Virus record (IMG/VR): IMGVR_UViG_3300013104_000001
Location: 124,001-188,000 of that record
DNA: 64,000 nucleotides
Direction: 5' to 3' (one strand)
Position numbers and translations under genes: made by a program. Numbering within the stretch: position 1 is the first letter of the stretch; each line of letters starts with the position of its first letter. The notes under the pieces were generated by a model that did no database searches, was not told the DNA's origin, and worked only from the letters and a program-made list of their open reading frames with translations. Below are positions 9,150 through 19,900 of the stretch, in pieces.

Positions 9150-9169
9150 GTCAGGTAAAGGAATGCAAG

Positions 9170-9736
9170 ATGAGTAGTCTTATCAGTCAATTTAGTGGTA
9201 AAAATAAAGTCGATCTTAATCCGTTAGAACTTGACTTGCATGTGCAGAGAGTCGTTCATGATTATGTTGGTTCTTACCTACGGAACCGCATCTATCTTGC
9301 ACGCACTGCTAACATCGATATAAAGACTGATGTCAATTACACGACTGTCGTAGAGTTCATCGCTTATGTGAACAACGAATTGAACTTTATCCGCATGTGG
9401 AATAAAGCCTCAATGAAAGATGAGATCTGGCCAAATATCATCAATGATGAAAACATCCTGCAGTTTGTTTTCAAAGGCACGACTCACGTCAGTGTACAAT
9501 CGTTTATTAGCGATGAGCAATTTGGTAAACTGGTGTCGCATATCGCCGGTGCGCTGAGTTGTCTCTCGTTTCCTGATAACGATATTATCGATGATGATTC
9601 TTTTGTTAAGGTTCTGCCACGTAACGATGAACTGACTGATCTTTTTACAAAGAACCAGTGGGCGTTGTTTTTGTATTACTTAACCCGAATCGATATTATC
9701 AGCATGGTAACAGGTGGGGGCACATCTGATGAGTAA
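9170..9736 (+). CDS. hypothetical protein
   Basis: AAGGA RBS; part of the operon. Confidence 0.7.
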   Translation: MSSLISQFSGKNKVDLNPLELDLHVQRVVHDYVGSYLRNRIYLARTANIDIKTDVNYTTVVEFIAYVNNELNFIRMWNKASMKDEIWPNIINDENILQFVFKGTTHVSVQSFISDEQFGKLVSHIAGALSCLSFPDNDIIDDDSFVKVLPRNDELTDLFTKNQWALFLYYLTRIDIISMVTGGGTSDE

Positions 9737-10457
9737 TGGCGATCAAATTAACTGTTATATCCCGCTGGATGCTTTGCTTGATACACGTATCGGTACTATC
9801 GATAAGATCGCCGGTGAAGCAGGGTTAAACTTGGTGGCTGACTGGTATCATACTCGCACGTCGGATAAGTTCAACCGTAAAGGAACTGACCTTACCCAAG
9901 AGCGTTATGATGCGGCGTGGAAGCTTCGTGATGAGGATACCTTAAAACGTACTCGCATGACTTTCGTACCGCAATACCTGTTGCATCTGGTGAGTCGCTA
10001 TAACACCTCACACGGCATGCCAGTCATGGCAGCGAATTACAAGATCACCATCAACCTGTGGCCGTATAAGCTCCCGCCTGAGCGTGTGCAGCAGTTACAA
10101 GAGATCATGCAGACCTTTACGTCAGGGGTTGCAGAGATCGCGGTTGATTACATTGATCCTGCTGATTTGTCGGTTGCGTATTTGAAGGCGACATATTCCC
10201 TCTGCATTATGTACGAGTTCAATGCGTGGTTAAACATGCATAAGGATGAGTTTACGAAAGTGCAGATGCCGGGTACTGTGATTATCGCACCAGAGTTATA
10301 TCTGGCTGACGTACCGGATGAATTGATTGATGCTGCGAAGAAGACGGATGGCTTTGCGGGGGTGAGTTTAGCGCTGTGTGCATTATGCACGGTGGTGTTC
10401 TTAGATGTAAGGTTGTTCTCCTACGTCACCGATACACCACCGGTCATCGATGGTTAG
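9729..10457 (+). CDS. conserved phiKZ-like protein (gp147-like)
   Basis: YIPLDALLDTRIGTI N-terminal motif and synteny; ATG at 9729 overlaps the upstream stop. Confidence 0.65.
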   Translation: MSNGDQINCYIPLDALLDTRIGTIDKIAGEAGLNLVADWYHTRTSDKFNRKGTDLTQERYDAAWKLRDEDTLKRTRMTFVPQYLLHLVSRYNTSHGMPVMAANYKITINLWPYKLPPERVQQLQEIMQTFTSGVAEIAVDYIDPADLSVAYLKATYSLCIMYEFNAWLNMHKDEFTKVQMPGTVIIAPELYLADVPDELIDAAKKTDGFAGVSLALCALCTVVFLDVRLFSYVTDTPPVIDG

Positions 10458-10909
10458 CTTTTCTTCTGTCCAGGGGTCATGATGTCATCGTACTCGATGT
10501 GCTCAACCCCTTGGCGGGTTTCACCATCTTTGTAATCCGCCTGTGGCAGTTGATTCTGATCGATCTGTGGTGCCGCTTGCGGTTGTGAACCAGGCAGGTC
10601 TGTACGCAGTGCCAAACCACCGGCACTCAATACCTGTTTGATTACGTTGCCCACGATAGCAGCCTGTGCTTCATCAGACTCTTGCGCCTTAGTTTCCAGA
10701 TCAAGACGTTGGCGGTTGATGATTGATTTGTCGATATCGGACATTGAAGTTAAAGCGATCTTCAACATCTTTGGATCTTGTCGAGTAGCAGGAATGATGG
10801 CACCGCTTTCGCTATCCTTTTCATCAAGGATATCTTCAACGATACCTAAGCGACGCATTTGCAAACGACGCATCAAGGCCCCATCATCTAATTCAAAGTC
10901 CGTAGCCAT
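10454..10909 (-). CDS. conserved helical protein of unknown function
   Basis: GGAGG RBS; minus-strand TATG at 10941-10944 upstream. Confidence 0.75.
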   Translation of the reverse strand: MATDFELDDGALMRRLQMRRLGIVEDILDEKDSESGAIIPATRQDPKMLKIALTSMSDIDKSIINRQRLDLETKAQESDEAQAAIVGNVIKQVLSAGGLALRTDLPGSQPQAAPQIDQNQLPQADYKDGETRQGVEHIEYDDIMTPGQKKS

Positions 10910-10933
10910 GTGGCCTCCAAAATAAGTTACACC

Positions 10934-10948
10934 TACATTACATAGGTG
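10934..10948 (+). promoter_or_regulatory. putative early (vRNAP) promoter
   Basis: TACATTAC-ATAG-GTG, one mismatch to the phiKZ early consensus TATATTAC. Confidence 0.55.
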
Positions 10949-11506
10949 ATAGTACGTGTATTAAAAGGAATCGTTATGCGCTTTCTGAAAAAGTTAGCAC
11001 TAAAGCGCTGCATGGCGATGTTGAGTGAGGCTAAGGGGGAAACCTTTACCATTCAAGAAAGCCTGCGTGTGTTCGAGGTGTTGGATAAAGTGTTATCTAC
11101 AAACGACATCATAAAATATTTCGATACGCGGGTTACGCTCTCCATACAAATGGAGATGCAGATACCAAATGCGGCATTGATGCTTGACTCGCTTGCCGAA
11201 ATAAATGGATTCATTCAGAAGGATATCGATGCTACATTGCCTGAGTACGGTGTGTTGTTTTCAGCCTTACGAGGGAAACAATTAATTTCGCTTTACGATT
11301 GGTTGTCAGATGGCGATGATCACGTTATAGATGCATTGCAATTTTACCGACTCTTTAACGAAGAATTGAGTCAATTAATTACCGTTATAGTGAACTGTGA
11401 AGATCAGACTACCCAGCAGTATTATCTGCGTAGATTACAGCCGCTCTACAATGAATTACTGGAAACCGTGTACGCTGCATTACACTGTGGGTTGTTGAGT
11501 CTCTAA
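10946..11506 (+). CDS. hypothetical protein
   Basis: Long ORF; true start probably ATG at 10976 after AAGGA. Confidence 0.7.
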   Translation: MIVRVLKGIVMRFLKKLALKRCMAMLSEAKGETFTIQESLRVFEVLDKVLSTNDIIKYFDTRVTLSIQMEMQIPNAALMLDSLAEINGFIQKDIDATLPEYGVLFSALRGKQLISLYDWLSDGDDHVIDALQFYRLFNEELSQLITVIVNCEDQTTQQYYLRRLQPLYNELLETVYAALHCGLLSL

Positions 11507-11516
11507 GGAGATTTAG

Positions 11517-11975
11517 GTGGCAGATAAAAAGAAACCTAAAGACCAATTAACTGATATGTTGACGGATCCTTTAAAACGGTCACGTCAAGCTAACGATCCG
11601 TTAGTTAGGCTTTGGCGACAGTTTATGACTCGTGAGCTTGTTACTCCTTCGAAGTGGAGTGCCTTGATTGCGGACCATATAAACCGTCTGCGTTCTTTTA
11701 AAACGATGGATGTGCAATCGATAGGTACCGAGAGGGGGAACCTAAAGAAGGCGTTCATTGAAAAGTCAACGATGTCGTTTAGTGCACTGAGACGCGGGTT
11801 ACGGTTCCTGGGCTTTGTAAAAGTTACCATAATTGTGATCGCTGAAAGACCGTCAGGTGAGAAAGTCGAAGAGCAAGTGACAATCGAGCTTGTCCCGAAA
11901 CGTATGTTTGGGGATCGTACACCGCCTCAGTTACCGCCCAATGGCACACCAGGAGAGAAACCTCCTGAGCAATAA
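11517..11975 (+). CDS. conserved basic protein of phiKZ-like phages
   Basis: AAGGAG RBS; ERGNLKKA...MSFSALRRGLRFL motif. Confidence 0.7.
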   Translation: MADKKKPKDQLTDMLTDPLKRSRQANDPLVRLWRQFMTRELVTPSKWSALIADHINRLRSFKTMDVQSIGTERGNLKKAFIEKSTMSFSALRRGLRFLGFVKVTIIVIAERPSGEKVEEQVTIELVPKRMFGDRTPPQLPPNGTPGEKPPEQ

Positions 11976-11990
11976 CTGGATACTATAGAA

Positions 11991-12030
11991 GATGGGACTT
12001 CGGTCCCATCCCTATTACTGTTCTTTTTTT
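11991..12030 (+). terminator. hairpin terminator (UUCG loop)
   Basis: GATGGGAC-TTCG-GTCCCATC with a downstream T-run. Confidence 0.7.
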
Positions 12031-12046
12031 TTGTTGAGGATCACTC

Positions 12047-13117
12047 ATGGCCGGCGTAGATATTGGCAGCTCCATCCAGAACTCGATTAAGTCAGCGGGT
12101 GCAATCACGACCAATGCGGTGAACAAGGCGTCGTCTACGTTTGTCGGTGGAATCAAAGAGAACCTGGCGTTAATCGATGACAAAACAAAATCAGCGGTCC
12201 AAACGCTTAACTCGTATAAAGATACGGCGATTGGTTCAGTCGACGGGTTCATCAAGAAGGTCTCTAACGGCGCTCTAAGCATCTCAGAGCTCTCCAGCAT
12301 CATTGATGTACGTAATGGCATCAATATCGACTACATGCGCTTATATCGTCGCCTAGGCGATGCAGCGGGATTCCCAATGGATTCAATTGCTGGCATGACC
12401 AGTGATCTGAAGTTGGAAATTGCAAATGTCCTCGATGCGTATTCGAGTAAGAACTATACCTACCTGTTAAATGCAGCGGGTATCAAGATCAATGTGAACG
12501 ACGCTTCTTACAAAGCAATGCAGTTGATCTCAGGCGTCATCAGTAAGTATTCTGAAAGTGACTCTAAGTTTAACTACATTGTCGATGAAGCCGCACAGAT
12601 CGCTTTCCTAAACGTGATGGTACGTAACGCAGTACAGGTCGGTCTCTATAGCGGGATTGATACACTGCTTAACCAGTACACGATTAAATCAGAAGGCCTT
12701 AAGAACTTGGCCAACTGTGCATCGATCTCTATTCGTACCGGCGATGTCTGGACCACACAGTACATCGTTGATAAAGTCGGCATCGGAACCGTGGTTTCAT
12801 TGAACACCGATTTCCTGACTGATATGTTACGTTTCTTTAAATTCAAGTCAGATGCAACACCGGCGCAGTACCCTGATTATCTGAATACATTAATCTATTC
12901 GCTGAACCTGGCTGATGCAGATTGGGCGTTCAGAAACTTCGGTACCGTACGGGCATTGAACTTGAAGCCTTTTACAATGGCGTCTACTGATGCAATTACT
13001 CTGTTCTCTAACACTGAAACGTATCGACAACATGTAATGATTGCGAAGTCTTATCCGTCAAAAGACAAGATGGATCTGTTAACACAGATGTATCCGCAAT
13101 TGGCCATTGTGCAATAA
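12047..13117 (+). CDS. virion structural protein
   Basis: GAGGA RBS; 356 aa; position next to tail genes. Confidence 0.55.
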   Translation: MAGVDIGSSIQNSIKSAGAITTNAVNKASSTFVGGIKENLALIDDKTKSAVQTLNSYKDTAIGSVDGFIKKVSNGALSISELSSIIDVRNGINIDYMRLYRRLGDAAGFPMDSIAGMTSDLKLEIANVLDAYSSKNYTYLLNAAGIKINVNDASYKAMQLISGVISKYSESDSKFNYIVDEAAQIAFLNVMVRNAVQVGLYSGIDTLLNQYTIKSEGLKNLANCASISIRTGDVWTTQYIVDKVGIGTVVSLNTDFLTDMLRFFKFKSDATPAQYPDYLNTLIYSLNLADADWAFRNFGTVRALNLKPFTMASTDAITLFSNTETYRQHVMIAKSYPSKDKMDLLTQMYPQLAIVQ

Positions 13118-13120
13118 ATC

Positions 13121-13163
13121 GACATAGCTGAGGAAGGAGCGCAATGCTCCTTCCTCTATGCCA
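13121..13163. terminator. bidirectional hairpin with CATA/TATG flanks
   Basis: GACATA...GAGGAAGGAGC-GCAA-TGCTCCTTCCTC-TATGCC between convergent genes. Confidence 0.8.
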
Positions 13164-13169
13164 CTTAAA

Positions 13170-13856
13170 TTATTGTACCAATTCCAAACACGGTCGCCAA
13201 GCTTGGTTACCAGTGGTGGTATAATCGTTACCACCTACTTTAGTAAATGCCTGACCGGCACTTTTTACCGAATAGTACTGAGTTGAACCGATGGTACATA
13301 TCTGGCCCGACAGCGTACCGTATGAGTTATGCCCTAAATCAGCAACGCTGTAATGCGCCCACTTATCACCTTCTTGAGATGCAGGCAGGGTGCCATCATC
13401 CCAAATGTTGTACATAAGACGATTCCACTCCGACCCATGTGACATGACTGGATCGACCCCGCCGTCGTACGCTGCTGGCGATACCTTCTGAACGGTCAGG
13501 TTCCGTACCCGATAAACCTTACCAGCTATAGTAATAGTTTTCTGGCCGTCAACGACTTTTGCGCTATCTATGTTACTACGACTAACTCCTGTTCTAATTG
13601 GTTTCTTAGCAACATATAAAACCTTTCCGTCGATCAGAAACTTTAACCACGGAAAAGTATCGGCGCCAGAGATTGCCGTACCGTAGTTAGCCATCCCTAC
13701 AGCGCTACTCAAAGTAGAGGCTTTAATGAAATCCTGGCTCTGGACCTCTCCATAAAAACCAGTATATCTTGTTGGGTCATTAGGTGTTTCATAATAACCA
13801 ATCAATGCATCGCCCGGTGCAGTCGGTCTACGACCTACCATTAACAATTCTAACAT
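13170..13856 (-). CDS. tail/baseplate-associated protein, phiKZ gp131-family paralog
   Basis: GFYGEV...FI, WLKFLIDGKVLYVAKKPIR, GSEWNRLMY, WRPCLELV; ATG at 13856 has an AGGAGG RBS. Confidence 0.75.
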   Translation of the reverse strand: MLELLMVGRRPTAPGDALIGYYETPNDPTRYTGFYGEVQSQDFIKASTLSSAVGMANYGTAISGADTFPWLKFLIDGKVLYVAKKPIRTGVSRSNIDSAKVVDGQKTITIAGKVYRVRNLTVQKVSPAAYDGGVDPVMSHGSEWNRLMYNIWDDGTLPASQEGDKWAHYSVADLGHNSYGTLSGQICTIGSTQYYSVKSAGQAFTKVGGNDYTTTGNQAWRPCLELVQ

Positions 13857-13906
13857 CAGACCTCCTGACAAGAGTAATTATAGAATCGCGCTAAACTTTA
13901 TTTAAA

Positions 13907-13948
13907 CAGCATAAGGGGAAGGAGCATTGCGCTCCTTCCCCTATGCTG
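13907..13948. terminator. hairpin with CAGCATA/TATGCTG flanks
   Basis: CAGCATAAGGGGAAGGAGCATTGCGCTCCTTCCCCTATGCTG. Confidence 0.8.
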
Positions 13949-13961
13949 GCTTATTTTTTTT

Positions 13962-14669
13962 TTAAGCTTTACCTACCAGCTCTAATACCGGGCGCCAACC
14001 ACTACGGGTTTCTGATGTGCCGTTGTATAACTGATTAATAGCATTGTAATTACCGTAGCTACCACCACGAACAATGCGGTAACTTCCTGGGTTACCAGTG
14101 TAATAAGATATTTCCTGGCAAATCGTTTGCGAGGCGATATTACTGTCTATCCCAATATCCACGGATGAGAGGTTATCCCATTTAATCCCGTCTTCAACTT
14201 CACACAGACTGATTTCGGAGTTGGCTAGCACCGGATACATTAGTCGGTTCCATTCTGAACCGGCAATGGTCTTATTAGGGTCATTATTAATGACGGTGCC
14301 GCTAACCAAACGTAGGTTATAGAGGTAGCCATTAATAGTCACCTGTTTGCTGGTCATTGCTATCCCGCAGTTATTGGGTGATATACTGTTTCTAAAGCAG
14401 GCTTGTGCTACAAACAGAATTTTCCCATCACAAAGAAACTTCAACCACCCTTTATCGGCATTGCCAGCAATGGCCGACCCACCACTAATCCCACTCGTAT
14501 TATAAAGTGCCAGACCGGTAATGAGATCTGTTGCCGCTACCCGCCCAAAATATCCGGCTGTTTGATCAGCATTACGTGAATAGGAGAATAATAAATCTTG
14601 TCCACCAGGACCAAGTTCAGAGGGGATTTCTACTTTCTTTTTACCGCCCACAAATAACATCTCTAACAT
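13962..14669 (-). CDS. tail/baseplate-associated protein, phiKZ gp131-family paralog
   Basis: GYFGRV, WLKFLCDGKILFVA, GSEWNRLMY, GWRPVLELV; clearly paralogous to 13170..13856. Confidence 0.75.
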   Translation of the reverse strand: MLEMLFVGGKKKVEIPSELGPGGQDLLFSYSRNADQTAGYFGRVAATDLITGLALYNTSGISGGSAIAGNADKGWLKFLCDGKILFVAQACFRNSISPNNCGIAMTSKQVTINGYLYNLRLVSGTVINNDPNKTIAGSEWNRLMYPVLANSEISLCEVEDGIKWDNLSSVDIGIDSNIASQTICQEISYYTGNPGSYRIVRGGSYGNYNAINQLYNGTSETRSGWRPVLELVGKA

Positions 14670-14708
14670 TCACTTACCCCACGAGTTCAAGTAGCTATAA
14701 GATCGATC

Positions 14709-14746
14709 GACATAGAGAGAGGGCAAAAGCCCCCTCCCGTATGTTC
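14709..14746 (-). terminator. hairpin with TATGTCG tail on minus strand
   Basis: GACATA-GAGAGAGGGC-AAAA-GCCCCCTCCC-GTATGTTC. Confidence 0.6.
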
Positions 14747-14861
14747 TTTCTTTTTTTTTGTCACCGATGTCTTTCTAACTTAGTCCTGTATTCTTCAACT
14801 GACTTTAACACAATATCTTTAGTGACAACTGGCCAAATAACATCTAAAATATGAGTCCCTT

Positions 14862-16853
14862 CTAGTTACGGTAGGTACCTTCAACAAAGGCCGAGATGAT
14901 GTTGCCTGCCAGTGAAGATGAGAACGTTGCTGCCATCTGCGTTGGTGATACCCACTGTTTAACATCCAGCTGAGTCTTAGCGAGCATACGTGCTAATTTG
15001 TCTGAACGATAAATCTGCTCATTCAAACCTTGGCCAGAAAGGATGGCCAGGTAATCCGAGTAGTTGTTATCATCGGTCATCAATTTAGCTGCTGCACGCG
15101 CTGGGTTAGTTAAATCACCAGGATTCAATGCCGGGTCAATTGGCGCATGAAGCATGGGTGACATATCAGCAATTGAGAAGGTAACATCAATACCCAGTGG
15201 TTGTTTATCTTTAGTCCAACCAACGTTACCAACACCACGTTGAATAGACATCGAGTCAAGCATGCCTAAACGTGTCTGTGAACGACCTTTGGAGAATGCT
15301 TCCACTAAGAACGGGGAAGTATAGGCCTGAGCACCCACAGAACGTGGCAGGATCATGTTTAACAGACAAACCAAGGGAATGATAAGGTTTTGCACACGAC
15401 TCACTGGGTGACCGTATGGAGACCTTAAATTGATGGTGTACGTTTCCCGTGGGAGTGATGCGGTAGACCCTGTCCAGTGTTGAGGGATTTCGATATACCC
15501 TTGACCCAGTAACAAGTTAACAATACCGCCCAGTCCAGTACCGGATGAGTAACCTTGCACAACTTGCATGCCGGCATCAATCAATCCATCAATGGGTGCA
15601 AAGCCTGTCTTACCGCCACCTGCCATGAAACGTGCATCAGCAGCTGCAGTAGACGCACCGTTCAGGATTCCCGCTAACTGGTTCTCGCCAAATGAACTTT
15701 GGAAAGATTCGCCGACCGCGCCATTATGGTTAACCTTGAACCCGATGAAACTGCCACCGTCACGTAATTCCGATTCCATGTGATCCAGCACACTGTTAAA
15801 GAACCCAGATGCCTTTTCTACATCGGTCACAGATTTAGTGTCGCCGTTATCCGCAACCGTTACATTGGTCCCGGTGTCGCCATCGGAATCCATGCTGTAG
15901 TTACCGGCACCTTCCATGCTGCTACCCGATGCATCTTTAACTTGACCTAATCCCGCATTAAAGTACGAGTCCAGGTAGTTAGCAAGTGTTGAGTTAGGGC
16001 TATCGCCTGCAGGGTCAGTCCAGGTACGACCGTGGTTCTGAATCGTGGTGATTGCACTGTCACGGTTATTGACCGTTGCTGATTCAATACGCTGACCTAA
16101 TGCTTTCTGCCAACGAATGTGTTTACGGTTAGCACGGTTAGCAAGATAGAAAAGGTCAACAGAACCATCAGCACGCCAGAGACCAGGCAACATGTTTGCA
16201 AGCAACTTACGCTCATTTGGCGTATAGGCCGAGAAGTCAAAGGTCTGCTCCTTTACAGTAGTGTGTCGTGTGCGGAAAGCAGGCGGGATAATCCCCATGT
16301 TGATCATGATGGCATTCAACATGTTGGTGCATGACTTCCAGTATAATGGCATGGCATTTTTCGAATAATAGAACTTCGATTTAGGAATACCCATAAGCCA
16401 TGTCACGGTAGTGTACGTAACAGAGATTGCTTGGATCGGCCAGTGAATGATCGCCGATGCAGCTTCTGCAAAATGGAACAACCAACCCGGTGCTCGACCA
16501 GTACGTGCCAGGTAGGCAGCATTCGCATCGAACATATTGGCTAAGAAACTGAACAGGCCATTGAACTCTGGAACCCCCATGCGGAAATAAACCACATCGG
16601 CATTATCATCAATGTTTGCACTGTAGTCGGACCCCATGCCACCAAACTGATCATTCCACCAACGTGAGGCACGAATGTCACAAGTCGGTGACCATTGAGG
16701 AGGAGGGTTAATCCAGAAGTTACCACCCGGGGTTGTATCCGTGAATTTATTCCGGGCCTTTTGATATTGCCTGCGGTCTTTCAACCCGTCATCAATATTC
16801 ACACCAGACAACATAAATGCCTGTTGTAAATAATCATGGTCTTTGATATTCAT
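14862..16853 (-). CDS. virion structural tail protein (phiKZ gp182-like)
   Basis: FTDTTPGGNFWINPPPQW, LRSPYG, YTSPFLV; directly follows the gp181-like gene. Confidence 0.75.
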   Translation of the reverse strand: MNIKDHDYLQQAFMLSGVNIDDGLKDRRQYQKARNKFTDTTPGGNFWINPPPQWSPTCDIRASRWWNDQFGGMGSDYSANIDDNADVVYFRMGVPEFNGLFSFLANMFDANAAYLARTGRAPGWLFHFAEAASAIIHWPIQAISVTYTTVTWLMGIPKSKFYYSKNAMPLYWKSCTNMLNAIMINMGIIPPAFRTRHTTVKEQTFDFSAYTPNERKLLANMLPGLWRADGSVDLFYLANRANRKHIRWQKALGQRIESATVNNRDSAITTIQNHGRTWTDPAGDSPNSTLANYLDSYFNAGLGQVKDASGSSMEGAGNYSMDSDGDTGTNVTVADNGDTKSVTDVEKASGFFNSVLDHMESELRDGGSFIGFKVNHNGAVGESFQSSFGENQLAGILNGASTAAADARFMAGGGKTGFAPIDGLIDAGMQVVQGYSSGTGLGGIVNLLLGQGYIEIPQHWTGSTASLPRETYTINLRSPYGHPVSRVQNLIIPLVCLLNMILPRSVGAQAYTSPFLVEAFSKGRSQTRLGMLDSMSIQRGVGNVGWTKDKQPLGIDVTFSIADMSPMLHAPIDPALNPGDLTNPARAAAKLMTDDNNYSDYLAILSGQGLNEQIYRSDKLARMLAKTQLDVKQWVSPTQMAATFSSSLAGNIISAFVEGTYRN

Positions 16854-16875
16854 TCACAAACTCCGAATGATAGTA

Positions 16876-16902
16876 AAAAGGAGGAGAGGGTTTCCCCTCT
16901 CC
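16876..16902 (-). terminator. hairpin between gp181-like and gp182-like genes
   Basis: GGAGAGGG-TTTC-CCCTCTCC with an A-run on the + strand (U-run on minus). Confidence 0.6.
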
Positions 16903-16912
16903 CGATTACTGA

Positions 16913-19900
16913 TTAACCATTGTTGTACCCGCGTCTGAATCCAACCGGTGGTCCGCCGGCACCATTAGCGGGTTGCTGTGGTGCTGTTGGGGTTGCCGCT
17001 GGTTTATTCATGTTATCGACAGAGAGGCTCATGAACTTGGTCATGATATCGATCAGTGTCGTGAACTTCGTATCGATATTCGCGAGGTGATCCTTACTGT
17101 CGGCCAGATGACCTTGTGTCTCCTTCGGCATGACAGGAGGTGCTGGCGCAGGTTGTACTGCTGCAACTTGAGGAGCGTTGCTAACCTGGGCTTGCTGGGG
17201 TTGCATCTGAGGCGGTGTGTTAAGGGTCGGAGTTGGAGTTGGCGTTGGTGTCGCCGCAGCTGACGCCTGATTATCTTGAGCCGATGCAGTGGTGTTAGCC
17301 GCATTCGGTGTAGATGCTCCTGCATTGGTTACCGCTGCTGCACTCGGTCCGCTAGTCGAACGCAGAGCCGGGGCATCATCAGTAGCCGCTGGCGTACTTG
17401 GAGTAGCTGCTGCTGCCGCTGCATTAGCTGCAGACGCACCCGGTGCAGTGAGTTCAGCTGCAGTCTTCGCACCAGACAAGGCTGGCGTTGAAGGACCTGA
17501 CTGAGCTTGCTGACCGGCGAGGGCCGCTGCAGTACCATCCCCAGATGATTCACTCTGTGCTCCAGCAGATGTATCCTTGCCAGAAAGAATGTCATCAAAC
17601 TTCCCACTTCCCACCATGTCCGTATACTGCTTGAAGAGTTGGCCACGTTCAGCCAGACCATGTGTGCCACCATTGATCATCTTCGTAACAGTATTCAGAT
17701 CGCCTTTCTTCGCAGCATCTTCTAATCCCTTACGAGACTTCCAATACCACAATGCCGTTTTCGCTGCCACATCAGAATCGCTAGCAACTTTATCTGGATC
17801 ACTCACCAGATCGATACCCAGGCCTTTCGACGCCGCTGCATAGTTGGCCTTACCTGTCAGCTGCATGAAGCCACGCCCACGGTATTTCCAACCATCACCT
17901 GGTTTATCGTTCCCCATACGACCACCGTAGATCGAGTTCGCAATAGCGACAGGACCTGCAGCAGCCAGCTGTTGTGCAACAGCCATGTTCGGGAAACGGT
18001 TAGGCCAGAGTTTCATCAGAGTCTCTGCTTTGTATCGCAGGTTCTCCTCAAGCTTACTAAACCCACCGGATTCCAAGTGGGTCTGTGCAAGCAGCATGGC
18101 AATCTCTTGCTTGTCCGTAATACCTTGAGCCATGGCGTTACGAATCAGGATGCGTGCTCCCTCTTCGGCACCTGGGCCTAATTTCAACGGACCAACTTTA
18201 CCGGTGTTATCGATACCACCTGCAGCACCGCCTGCTGCACCCAATCCACCTGCGTTACCACCGTAGGCTGTTTCCAGTCGACCGGTCTCAGGGTTATAGG
18301 TTGTCTGCTGACGTTGTGAGGTGTAGACCTGACCATTGGACGTCTTCACTTGGTCATTGACCATATTGCCTGAAGAGTCTTTACGCCATGCCTTTTCTGT
18401 GGTGCCATCTTTACTCTGGGTCACACCACCTTTAACAGGCGCTGCTGAGAACTGGGCTTGCTTAACTGCTGCTTTCAAGTTGTTCAGATGGTTTTGAACA
18501 ATTGAGGCATCGTCATTAAGTTCACCTGTTGACCACGGAGAGGTTTTGATGGTCCAGATACTGATGGCATTAACATCGTCACCAGTGTACTTCTGATTCA
18601 CCATTGCATTAGCGATTGCTAACTGCAGTTCCGGTGGCATCTTCTTCACAGCAAGGGTCGGTCTGGTATCACCAATCTGTGTATACGTCGTACCAGCGAA
18701 CGCAAGGTAAGCAGGCAAGAAGCGACGGACAAACCAAGGTTCCCAGCGTTTGAACTGCCATTGGTTACCTGCACTCAAACCAAAGGTCGGTGCCACGATC
18801 TGGAAGATGTCTGATGCTTTACCATCAAACGTTGCTCCCTTATCAGTGAACTTCACTTTGTTCGCCATCACCAATTCCAACTCAAGGAGTGTTGACACTT
18901 TGTCAATATCCAGAGAAGGAAGGCCGTAGACTTTCATACGCAGTGCAGTAAGGTCATCCATTGCTTGACCAGGCTTAGGTAACAAGCCAGCCAGGAGATC
19001 ACCCACGTTAACTACAGTACGATCACCTGTAAGCCAGGATGTCTCTTTGTGCCCGACGGTGTTCAGGCCTGGGATGTTCTCGTTGTTCGGGTTAATGGCT
19101 TTGATGATATCGCTTGACACATCACGACCCATAGCCCGATCACGTGAACCCGTGGTAAAGACTGACGCAGACTTCGTACCTGTACTTGCTCTCTCAGATT
19201 TCTTACGCAGCTGATCAACCACATCCTGAACTAAGGCTACGGTGATTTTGTAATCAGTTGCATTCAGATCACCAAAGATACGACCAGTGAAACGATACGG
19301 ATGGTCGATGCTTGGATCAAACTGTTGAGCGCGTTTAGCGATCTCATACTTCGCAGTTTCATCCGACGATTTATCCAGATCAATAAATGACTGATTCGGC
19401 AGGACTTGTTTCGCCATCGCTTTATGCGTCAAGTAGACCGGTTTAAAACGTTGGGTTAACCAGCCAGCGAACTGTTCAACTTGATCACGATTATTTGGAT
19501 CATCGACAAACATCGCACCCAGTTTCGCCATCGGTGCTTTCGGATCAAGTGAAGCATAACCTTCATCACTGATCTTCACGTAGGGTTCTAAGGCAGCTTC
19601 GAGTTTAAGGATAGCTTCCACGTGGGAGGAGTCATTATCCGGGATACCATACTGACGCATACGCATCTGCTGGAGTAACCCTGGGTTCTTGAACCAACCA
19701 TACATGGTGCGACCTAATGCACCGCCTGCGGCACTACCAGCAATACCACCAATGACACCGCCAACCAGTGTACCAACCACTGGGATGACAGAACCGATTG
19801 CGGCACCTGCTGCAGCACCACCCAGGATACCACCGATGCCACTACCTGCTGCTTCAGCTACACCTGCACCGTCTCCAGCCTTATATGCATCGTACGCTTC

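Noticed and set aside
13121-13948. Invertible element or IS ends around the gp131-like gene
   Set aside because: Each repeat is itself near-palindromic and belongs to the window-wide hairpin family; no recombinase or transposase is present.
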